DNA from: Octopus vulgaris
Taxonomy: Eukaryota
Reading direction: 5' to 3'
NCBI GenBank assembly: GCA_951406725.2
Contig: OX597841.1
Location: 13,826,001-13,890,000, forward strand
DNA length: 64,000 bases
Shown in pieces: positions 53,486 through 64,000 of the stretch. The notes beneath the pieces are model-generated. The model was not told where the DNA came from, did no database searches, and saw only the letters and a program-made list of their open reading frames with translations. Positions within the stretch are counted from its first letter, which is position 1, and each line of letters begins with the position of its first letter. A program made the position numbers and the translations under genes.

Positions 53486-54175
53486 ACAAATCTATGTAGC
53501 AGAGAATCACCCTTGGGTGCCTCTTTGTGGTCATTCAAACTGCTAAATATAGCAGCTAAATATATTTCAATTAAACGTAATACATTGGAGAAGGAAGGGT
53601 GCTTGTATAGACAGGCAGGTCACTTCCCGGCCCAGGATTTGAAACCACTATCTTTGGGATTGTGAGTGAAATACCGCGAAGCATTTCGCCCGGCGTACTA
53701 ACGTTTCTTATTTCTTTATTGCCCACAAGGGGCCAAACATAGAGGGGACAAACAAGGACAAGGGGATTAAGTTGATTACATCGACCCCAGTGCGTAAATG
53801 GTTCTTAATTTATCGACCCCGAAAGGATGAAAGGCAAAGTCGACCTCAGTGGAATTTGAACTCAGAACGTAACGGCAGACGGAATACCTATTTCTTTACT
53901 ACCCACAAGGGGCTAAACACAGAAGGGACAAACGAGGACAGACAAACGGATTAAGTCGATAATATCGACCCCAGTGCGTAACTGGTACATATTTAATCGA
54001 CCCTGAAAGGATGAAAGGCAAAGTGGACCTCGGCGGAATTTGAACTCAGAACGTAACGGCAGATGGAATACCGCTAAGCATTTCGCCCGACGTGCTAACG
54101 ATTCGGCTAGCTCGCCGCCCTTAATGACTGAAGCAAGTAAAAGATGAAAGTTAATATTTGGCAGAGTCTCTAGAG

Positions 54176-54366
54176 CAGTGGTTTTTAACCAGGGTTCCGC
54201 CAGTACAGTCCAGGGGTTCCGCAAGAAGTTACAAAACTGCTAAAAACGACAGTAATTTTTAAAATTCTCCTGTGCAGAAAACTATTAAATTATTGCACAG
54301 GGGTTCCCCGAGCCAGTGGAATGTTTCCTTGGGGTTCCGCTTCAACAAAAAGATTGAAAAGCACTG
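54176..54366. mobile_element. hAT (Charlie-like) MITE
   Basis: CAGTGGTTTT...AAAAGCACTG termini; perfect 8-bp TSD CTCTAGAG at 54168-54175 and 54367-54374. Confidence 0.85.
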
Positions 54367-54779
54367 CTCTAGAGGATCGAATAGATTGCTTTGCAGGGAT
54401 TATTCTGGGACTGTAAGAACAAACCACACTTTTGCATGTATGTGGGACTGAACCTGGAACCATGTGGTTGGAAAGCAAGCGTCTTACCACACTGCCAGTC
54501 AAATAAATAAATGAATATGTTTCTTTATTGGCCACACAGGGCTGCACACGGAGACGGGACAGGTTACAAAGTAGATCTTTTCTTTTTGGGGGGAGAAAAA
54601 AAAAAGTGGGGTAGGTTTCTTTATTGGCCACACAGATGGGACAAGTTACAAGGTAGAGCTTTTCTTTTGGGGAGAGAAAAAAAAGTGGGGTAGGTTTTCG
54701 ATCAAAAGAGATCGTAAAAGGGAAAGAAAAAAAAGGGGGTGAAGAAAAAAGAAAAAGAAATAAACGATCAATATAAATA

Positions 54780-54898
54780 AACAGCCCCCAAAAAACGCCG
54801 AAGGTCACCGCGGCGACCTTAAAGATTCCATTCTGGACTTCAAAAATCCAGGTTAAGGTAAGCAAGAGTTATTCCCCTTCTTCCATCATCCCCAGATG
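54780..54898 (+). promoter_or_regulatory. Possible promoter/first exon of a plus-strand gene
   Basis: CpG-containing unique island; donors AAG|GTAAGC (54857) and ATG|GTGAGG (54898); pyrimidine tract ccccttcttcc just upstream of the ATG. No downstream exon identified. Confidence 0.35.
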
Positions 54899-55332
54899 GT
54901 GAGGTTAGCGTTATACCTATATTTGGTATTTGATGTCGCTAATGTTCCGAACATTTCGCAGCTGTTTTTTTCTTTTCTCTTTTTTTTGTAATTTCATTTG
55001 CTTTTTTTTATTTCTTTCTCTCTCTCTCTCTCTTTTTCTCCTCCCTCTTACTTTCTTCTCAATACAGCGACGTTCTTCTTTTTAATCTTTCTCTCTCCCC
55101 CTTCCTCTTTCTCTCTCTTTCAGCATTTCTCTCTCTCTCTCTCTCTATTTATCTGTCTATCTATCCTTTTCTCTATCTATCTATCCATCTCTCTCTCTCT
55201 ATTTATCTATCTATATATCTCTATCTATATATCTCTATCTATCTATCTCTATCTATGTCTCTATCTCTCTCTCTATCTATATGTCTCTATCTCTCTATCT
55301 ATAAGTCTCTATCTCTCTCTCTATCTATCTAC

Positions 55333-55368
<36 letters not shown>

Positions 55369-55461
55369 ATGTCTCTATCTCTCTCCTCTCTATCTATATG
55401 TCTCTATCTCTCTATCTATATGTCTCTATCTCTCTCTATCTATCTATCTATATGTCTCTAT

Positions 55462-55531
<70 letters not shown>

Positions 55532-56841
55532 ATGTCTCTATCTATCTATCTATCTATCTATCTACCCACATACCCATCTGTCTATCTTTTTTTTTTTCTC
55601 ACGATCCCTTTTGATCGGAATTTTATTTCTCTCTTTCTTTTTTTCTATTTTCGAAAAATACATTATACTTTGTCCCCTCGGTGTCCGGCCATGTGTGACT
55701 AATAAAAAAAACTATCTCTCTACCCACAAACCCATCCATCTTACGGTCAGACGATAGTCACATCGCCTCCGCTTAAGTTTGCTTGTTTTTGCTTTCAAAA
55801 GCGTGTCTTGTATAATATTTTCTATGAGAAAGTTGTCCAACAAATAGTAAATTCGATCTTGCAAATTATTTCCACGGGAAACCTGACCTGCGCGGCGTCT
55901 TTCCTAGTTTTGTGAATTTGTTTTCGTCTTACCCGCCATTTTCCGTTCTTCAAGATGGCGTCTTCAAGCCATGAGGACAGTCTTCCAACAAACGCCTGTC
56001 TCTTTGATGCTGAGTTTCTAACACTGCCTCCACCACTTCATGACAGAAGGAAGGAAAAGAGAAATTTCACTCAAAATAATACTGCAGACGTAAACATGAA
56101 TGCCACTACCACCACCACCAACAACAACGATGTCGTTGCAAAGCCGTCCACCATGACCACCACCAAAGACAGTGCGACCAACTCCGACACCGACACAACT
56201 TCACCTTCAACTGCTATGACTGACGCCTCTGCCACCAACAACAACAACGATATTGTCGCAAAGCCGTCCACCATGACCACCACCAAAGACAGTACCACTG
56301 ACACCGATACAGCTTCACCTACTATGACTGATATCTCTGCCACCAACAACAACGATATTGTCGCAAAGCTGTCCACCATGACCATTACCAAAGACAGTGC
56401 CACCAACACTACCACCGACACCACCACCACCACCAAAAAAAAAAACTTTCGCTGAAGCGACGAGAAGAGAAAGAACCATTTTATCATTCACTGCTGAAGA
56501 AATCGAGGCAACAAAAGCACTGATCAGCAAAGAAGGCGATCATTTACGCTTACACATCCCAGAACATATATTAGAAGAAGTGCGAAGAAAGAGAATCATC
56601 TATAAAGTACTCAACGCAAAGACGAAAAAACCTTTTAAAGTCACACAGGGAAAAATTGAAATATGCCTTCGCCCTGTGTGGATACATAAGAGCTATTTGA
56701 CCTGGTGGCATAAATATATCTCTGTTGAAGTACGTTTTAACAGTGAAGAGCTGGCCAAACGATTTTCGACTCAAATTCTTCGTACAGATGAGGTGATAAT
56801 GATACCTAGTTATCTTGGCCAGAGTGTGGCAACAAAGAATG

Positions 56842-57761
56842 TGTAGCGTGAATGATATCCTCCTCACTGTTTGAGAGACACGCTAGGAATGATCTCGTTT
56901 GAGATTACAACCATCTTTGGCTAGTTTGACCCTGTTGTGTCCACTGCTCTCATTGGTTGGCATTTGGTGCAGTTTGTCTTTCGACAACCAATCACGGCCT
57001 TTGGATAAGGTCTTGTGACACTGTTTTTCTGATCCTTCATTTGAGCCTACCACAGGCTTTATAAGACGCCAGCATTCACTACTCCTGGTCTTTTGGCTCT
57101 AGACCTTCTAAGGTCTAGTCACTGACCACAGAGCTACTCAGCCGTGTTCCAGTTCCAGCGACGGATGACCAGCTATACTCCTATTTCGGTCATGACGATG
57201 CTAATGTACACCAGCAGTATATGACGTTCTCCATCTCTATGTCATCTCCGTCGACTTCAGCAATATGTACACATCAACATCGTCCAGGTCTAAACCCAAC
57301 GCTGTTTGTGAATATTCACCGAGGCAAAACAGTTGCAGTCTATCTGAAAGAACTTTCTGTATCAAGAGACTCGGCACGGCATTGAAGCCCCAACCGTGGA
57401 ACCGTGCCTCGTGTCCACAACATCTTGTTATACAACTTGCTATCGTGTAACGTACGAACTGTACCTCACGTACGAACTGGTAAACCAATTCCATCTTAAC
57501 TCAATATGCTGAGAGACTTATCTTATGCTCTGTATTCTGTGTTCTGTTTTATACGCATACACAGACACTCCACATATGCTAGCACTCACACACTTTCTCT
57601 TTGTACACTTTGTAAATAAAGTCTTCTCTCTCAAACAGTAGAATGGTTGTCGTATTCATTTATTCCTTTTGCCACTGTATTTTATATGTATTTGGCTTCT
57701 TATTTTGTTAGGGGTGACCGTGCGGCATTGAAAAGGAGACATTTTTCACCAACTCCTTACG
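56842..57761 (+). mobile_element. Probable solo LTR
   Basis: Interrupts ORF1; starts TGTAG and ends CTTACG; contains CCAAT, TATAA and AATAAA (57615) in LTR order; no clear TSD. Confidence 0.45.
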
Positions 57762-57764
57762 TAT

Positions 57765-58307
57765 ACTCTTTACTCTTTTACTTGTTTCAGTCATTTGACT
57801 GCGGCCATGCTGGAGCACTACCTTTAGTCGAGCAAATCAACTTATTTTTTGTAAGCCCAGTACTTATTCTATCGGTCTCCTTTGCCGAACCGCTAAGTGA
57901 CGGGGACGTAAACACACCAGCATCGGTTGTCAAGCAATGCTAGGGGGACAAACATAGACACACAAACACACACACATACATACCATCATCATCATCATCA
58001 TCATTTAGCGTCCGCTTTCCATGCTAGCATGGGTTGGACGGTTCAACTGGGGTCTGTGAAGCTGGAAGGCTTCGTCAGGCCCAGTCAGATTTGGCAGTGT
58101 TTCTACGGCTGGACGCCCTTCCTAACGCCAATATATATATATATATATACGACAGGCTTCTTTCAGTTTCTGTCTACCAAATCCACTCACAAGGCATTGG
58201 TCGGCCCGGGGCTATAGCAGAAGACACTTGCCCAAGATGCCACGCAGTGGGACTGAACCCAGAGCCATGTGGTTGGTAAGCAAGCTACTTACCACACAGC
58301 CACTCCT
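57765..58307 (-). mobile_element. SINE family A with an RTE-tail fragment inserted in its internal microsatellite
   Basis: Family A body split by catcatcat..tccgctttccatgctagc (57985-58130). Confidence 0.8.
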
Positions 58308-58513
58308 GGTCGTATTCCCTATAAATGTGTTTCCATGGCTGTTATTATCTGTCATCTGCTTCGAAATTTGGAAATTACTGTCTTAGAACAGCAAAACTGG
58401 GTGGGAAAAACACTGGAAATTCTTTTGCAAATCAATCGGTAATCGATTAATAAAATACTCAGAAGGATACAAGTTGTACGTAGTGGTGGAGGGCAGGCAG
58501 CCACGCTATTATA

Positions 58514-58915
58514 TACTCTTTTACTTGTTTCAGTCATTTGACTGCAGCCATGCTGGAGCACCGCCTTTAGTCGAGCAAATCGACCCCGGGATTTATTCTT
58601 TGTAAGCCCAGTACTTATTCTATCGGTCTCTTTTGCCAGACCGCTAAGTGACGGGGACATAAACACACCAGCATCGGTTGTCAAGCAATGCTAGGGGGAC
58701 AAACACAGACACACAAACACACACACGCATATATATATACATACATATATACGATGGGCTTCTTTCAGTTTCCGTCTACCAAATCCACTCACAAGGCATT
58801 GGTTGGCCCGGGGCTATAGCAGAAGACACTTGCCCAAGATGCCATGCAGTGGGACTGAACCCCGAACCATGTGGTTGGTTAGCAAGCTACTTACCACACA
58901 GCCACTCCTACGCCT
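58514..58915 (-). mobile_element. SINE family A, full length
   Basis: Splits the zinc-knuckle of the host element. Confidence 0.85.
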
Positions 58916-59103
58916 ATGTGCAACAGCGCGACTCATCTAAAAAACGGTTGCTCAACTGCCGCAAAAGAACCAGAACAGCAACAACCACCACCAAAATCTG
59001 AGAAAAAAGCCTTACTACCCACACCACCGTCAACACAAAAGACAATAAAAGGAACACCATCGATACCAATAATTGAAAACCAATCAATTCCTGAAAAAAC
59101 ATC

Positions 59104-59507
59104 AGGCGCAGGAGTGGCTGTGTGGTAAGTAGCTTGCTAACCAGCCACATGGTTCCGGGTTCAGTCCCAGTGCGTGGCATCTTGGGCAAGTGTCTTCTGC
59201 TATAGCCCCGGGCCGACCAATGCCTTGTGAGTGGATTTGGTAGACGGAAACTGAAAGAAGCCCATCGTATATATGTATATATATATGTATGTGCGTGTAT
59301 GTTTGTGTGTCTGTGTTTGTCCCCCTAGCATTGCTTGACAACCGATGCTGGTGTGTTTACGTCCCCGTAACTTAGCGGTTCGGCAAAAGAGACCAATAGA
59401 ATAAGTACTGGGCTTACAAAAGAATAAGTCCCAGGGTCGAGTTGCTCGATTAAAAGGCGGTGCTCCAGCATGGCTGCAGTCAAATGACTGAAACAAGTAA
59501 AGGAGTA
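59104..59507 (+). mobile_element. SINE family A, full length
   Basis: Complete head, body and tail; inverted relative to 58514-58915. Confidence 0.85.
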
Positions 59508-59924
59508 ACAACAACACCAAAAGCTAAAGATATAGAAAAAAACAAAAGAAGATACAAAAACCGATTCGCCCTCCCCTGTATCACATCCACCTCACACAAA
59601 CAGACCAGAACCAACACCACATCCACTTACACAGACACAACATAGACCCTCATAACATGCCTTTACCCCCTTCCAAATCCTCAGAAATTTCGTTAGCCAG
59701 AAAAGGAAGAGGAGCAAAAGAAGAACAAAGCAGGGAGATACACAACTCCCAAAGACATTTCGAAATCCAACCCAAGCAACAGCAACACCACCAAAACATA
59801 TACGTCAACCATTCTTTATTAAAAAGCAGCAAAAAATATCAAAAATTGCTATTCAGAGTTTCACGTATAACAGTTTTGTGAGATTTTTTGCAGCTCTTTA
59901 ATAAAGTATATATATATATATATA

Positions 59925-60310
59925 TACTCTTTACTCTTTTACTTGTTTCAGTCATTTGACTCCGGCCATGCTGGAGCACTGCCTTTAATCGAGCAACTCG
60001 ACACCGGGACTTATTCTTTTGTAAGCCCAGGACTTATTCTATCGGTCTCTTTTGCCGAACCACTAAGTGATGTGGACATAAACACACCAGCATCGGTTGT
60101 CAAGCATCGGTTGCTAGGGGGACAAACACAGACACACAAACACACACACACATATATACAACGGGCTTCTTTCAGTTTCCGTCTACCAAATCCACTCACA
60201 AGGTTTTGGTCGGCCCGAGGCTATAGTAGAAGACACTTGCCCAAGGTGCCACGCAGTGGGACTGAACCCGGAACCATGTGGTTAGTATACAAGCTACTTA
60301 CCACACAGCC

Positions 60311-60312
<2 letters not shown>
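59925..60312 (-). mobile_element. SINE family A
   Basis: Sequence identity with the other copies. Confidence 0.85.
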
Positions 60313-60346
<34 letters not shown>

Positions 60347-60532
60347 GCAATAAGTATAAAAATGTACATTGTCTATCTAATTGGAAAATTCTATAAGTGG
60401 CTGAAGATTGCTTGACATTTTAAAACTGATGTAATACTTACATTGTTTAATAAAATGAAGCGGTTGTACTACACTACCTTGGATATACTTGTTGCTTATT
60501 TTGATTATATATACATATATATTTATGTATGC

Positions 60533-60942
60533 ACGCAGGAGTGGCACGCAGGAGTGGCACGCAGGAGTGGCTTGCTAACCAACCACATGGCTCCGGGTTC
60601 AGTCCCACTGCGTGGCATCTTGGGCAAGTGTCTTCTATTATAGCCCCGGGCCGACCAATGCCTTGTGAGTGGATTTGGTAGACGGAAACTGAAAGAAGCC
60701 CATCGTATATATGTATATATATATATATGCGTGTGTGTGTTTGTGTGTCTGTGTTTGTCCCCCTAGCATTGCTTGACAACCGATGCTGGTGTGTTTACGT
60801 CCCCGTAACTTAGCAGTTCGGCAAAAGAGGCCAATAGAATAAGTACTGGGCTTACAAAGAATAAGTCCTGGGGTCGATTTGCTCGACTAAAGGCAGTGCT
60901 CCAGCATGGCTGCAGTCAAATAACTGAAACAAGTAAAAGAGT
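60533..60942 (+). mobile_element. SINE family A with triplicated 13-bp head
   Basis: (gcacgcaggagtg)x3 followed by the family A body. Confidence 0.85.
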
Positions 60943-61354
60943 ATGTATAGAGTGTTAGGCATGGTGTGTGTGTGTGTGTATATATATATATACACACACA
61001 CACATATATATTTAGGGCATCCATAGATTACAGACCTCATTAAATATATCCCTAATGGTTGTTATATATTTTTGATAACAGGTTAGAGAGGATGATGTCC
61101 AGATTACAATAACCAATAATTTGTTGTGTATTTATAGTAATATTACAATCCTGAAATCAGCATTGGTTTATCCCACTCTTTCTCACAGAACCCCTAGGAA
61201 CCTTTTACAGAACCCGAGGGTTCCAGGGAACCCCAGTTGAGAAATACTGGTATATTGTGTATACTTTCTTTCTTTCAGTTTTTTTTAAAAATCATTTCAT
61301 TATATGTAAACCCCAACAGTTTTGTCCCCGGCATATCAGTGAAATCATTATGAC

Positions 61355-61388
<34 letters not shown>

Positions 61389-61584
61389 GTTATTATTATT
61401 CTATGTTTGACTTTTGCCTTACATTTGTACAAGCTGGCTCCAAGTCTCACCCAGAGACCTCAAGAGACAAGTTGGAAATTTGCACTGGTGTTGTTATTAT
61501 TATTTTTATTGTTATTGTTGTTGTTATTATTATTATTTTTATTGTTATTATTATTATTATTATTACTATTATTATTATTATTAT

Positions 61585-62085
61585 TGAGTGAGCGAGCAGA
61601 GCATGCCATCAAAGTGACACTGGGGTAAAATATACGAAGCCCAGTATACCCATCATGACTACCCGTCTGATAAGGGTACACCAGGCACATGCATCACAAC
61701 CATATGTGCGCGACATGGTGATCTCATATCAAGATAAACAGCACATGACATTGCAGGTGGAGCCCAGTTAGAATTTTCTTCAGATCGAGTAACCCATCCC
61801 GCTCAAAAGGTCCCTGAATAAGGGTTGTTTAAGGACGTTGAACGAAACACCCATGTTTCCAGAGGTGAATTATTCAAGCCCCAAAGAATCCCTCTCAACA
61901 CATGGCTATGATGCTCCCCCACTACTTCTGCTCGTGATCAGAGATGCACATATCGTCAGCCACTAAGGGACATGCTCAACTGGTTAAGGTCAAACAACTG
62001 ACAAGCAAATCTGTGGTATTGAGCAGAATATTTGCTGTAGGCCATCTTTTATACCAAGACAAAACAATGTACATGATGACACTTC

Positions 62086-62087
<2 letters not shown>
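61585..62087. mobile_element. Interspersed repeat inserted in (ATT)n
   Basis: 61985-62087 matches 1080-1180; flanked by (ATT)n on both sides; class not determined. Confidence 0.55.
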
Positions 62088-62143
<56 letters not shown>

Positions 62144-63049
62144 GTTATTATTATAGACTGAAAGATATTGGGGAAAGGAATTTCAAGTGGAAAGGAATTT
62201 ATTTTTGCCAACTCATGTGGAAAATCAGGGACTATTAAAAAAAGCTTATCTCGAGATATGATAAAGCCATGAATAGTCAAAGTCACAACAAGGACTGGCT
62301 GTTGATAGACATAGGTCAATATATGTGTGTGTGTGTGTGTGCATGTGTTCATGTGTTCATGTGTGTATAATCGTGCGTATACATATGTATGTGTGTTTGT
62401 GTGTGATCATGCATGTACATATGTGTGTGTGTTCAGGTTTGTAGTGTACATATTCTACAAGTCTGACCTTCTTAGTGAGATACGAATTGTAAAGTCTTCA
62501 AAGACTCCTACAACTTTCCAGACATGTACAAATTCTTTTATTCTTTTATTCTTTTGCTTGTTTCAGTCATTTGACTGTGGCCATGCTGGAGCACCGCCTT
62601 TAGTCGAACAACCCAACCACAGAACTCACTCTTTGTAAGCCTAGTACTTATTCTATCGGTCTCTTTTGCTGAACCGCTAAGTTACGGGAACATAAACACA
62701 CCAACATCAGTTGTCAAGTAATACATATACATACACATATATATATATAAATACAGTGTACATTTAAACATATAAGAGGTATCAATCATTTAAAGTCAGA
62801 AACCAGGGTCCAGGAGTTAGATGGCAAATGTTTTTATTTTTCTTTCCCTTCGAAGTTTATCCCTAATAGTGGCTTGGATTTTGGCTATTCCTTCTAGCAT
62901 GTCAGGTATCCTATGATTGATACCTCTTAATGTGTTTAAATGTACACTGTATTTATATGAATAATATATAGTCTATTGACTAATTTTTCTACACGCTAGG
63001 CCACAGGTAGTAAAAATTTCCAAAATTTTTCTTACCCTGATATTATATA

Positions 63050-63110
<61 letters not shown>

Positions 63111-63188
63111 CTGAGCGCCATACTAATACAATTGTTTGTTTGTATTCCACCTGCCTTCGTCTTTTGTTTATTTTCATAAAGCTGCCTG

Positions 63189-63314
<126 letters not shown>

Positions 63315-63336
63315 ATGTATATATATATATATATGT

Positions 63337-63752
63337 AGGCGCAGGAGTGGCTGTGTGGTAAGTAGCTTGCTTACCAACCACATGGTTCCGGGTTCAGTCC
63401 CACTGCATGGCACCTTGGGCAAGTGTCTTCTACTATAGCCTCGGGCCGACCAAAGCCTTGTGAGTGGATTTGGTAGACGGAAACTGAAAGAAGCCTGTTG
63501 TATATATGTATATATATATATGTATTTGTGTGTGTGCGTGTATGTTTGTCCCCCCTTCCACATTGCTTGACAACCGATGCTGGTTCCGTCTACCAAATCC
63601 ACTCACAAGGCTCTGGTTGGCCCGATATATAGTAGAAGACACTTGCCCAAGGTGCCATGCAATGGGACGGAACCCAGAACCATATGGTTGGGAAGCCAGT
63701 TTCTTACCACACAGCCACTCCTGTGCCTATATGCACAGCCACTCCTGCACCT
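63337..63752. mobile_element. SINE family A with internal inversion (head copies in opposite orientation)
   Basis: Plus head 63337-63582 followed by reverse-complement head 63584-63750. Confidence 0.8.
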
Positions 63753-64000
63753 GTTACTCATAAAATATTTAATACAACTTTTAATTTCTGAACCAATAAA
63801 TGTAAGTATTTGAACGTTCGTTTTATGCCTACAATAAGTACAATATATATATATATATATCCACACCCACCAGATACACTTTCACATAAATATCACAATA
63901 AAGAAATATTTCACATAAATATCACAATAAAGAAATATTTCACATAAATATCACCATTATCAACAAGGAAGCCAACCAGTAAATTTGTTGTTGTTTACTA

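Larger units (their letters stand above)
55770..59908 (+). mobile_element. Degenerate ORF1/gag-like retroelement (Tx1/L1-like ORF1) with nested insertions
   Basis: Frameshifted ORF 55955-56841 (..KKTFAEAT..VEVRF..PSYLG), resuming at 58308 (GRIP..LYVVVEGRQPR) and 58916 (MCNSATHLKNGC, zinc-knuckle CX4HX4C); ends at AATAAA before (TA)n. Confidence 0.65.

Noticed and set aside
61081-61220. Possible second exon for the putative 54.8-kb gene after tttgataacag
   Set aside because: Runs into a MITE-like remnant, has no donor site and gives no recognisable peptide.
63880-63955. 29-bp unit repeated about 2.5 times
   Set aside because: Simple local minisatellite with no further structure.

Overview
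Repeat-rich, AT-rich animal genomic DNA. The SINE/LINE families and the (TA)n/(CA)n/(AAT)n load look like Octopus (a coleoid cephalopod); that is inference from recalled repeat families. The main feature is a minus-strand gene assembled by hand from 11 coding exons (32006 down to 5994). All introns are GT-AG with matching phases, giving 3279 nt or about 1092 aa. It has two ankyrin repeats followed by a segment closely resembling the synphilin-1 (SNCAIP) ankyrin/coiled-coil region. Putative 5'UTR exons lie at ~37.2 kb and ~44.7 kb. The last four exons of an unidentified plus-strand gene (363-2338) converge on it, and a possible first exon of another plus-strand gene sits at ~54.8 kb. The rest is microsatellite plus SINEs, CR1, RTE and R4-like LINE fragments, mariner/Tc1, hAT and piggyBac-type MITEs, Penelope-like remnants, and a nested ORF1(gag)-only retroelement. 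Most notable observations: (i) many type I hammerhead-ribozyme-like motifs, one with an apparently intact core; (ii) a UAG stop followed by an open poly-Q extension, a candidate for editing or readthrough; (iii) an intronic CRE/GC-box cluster. Almost all ORFs in the supplied track are microsatellite or SINE artefacts.
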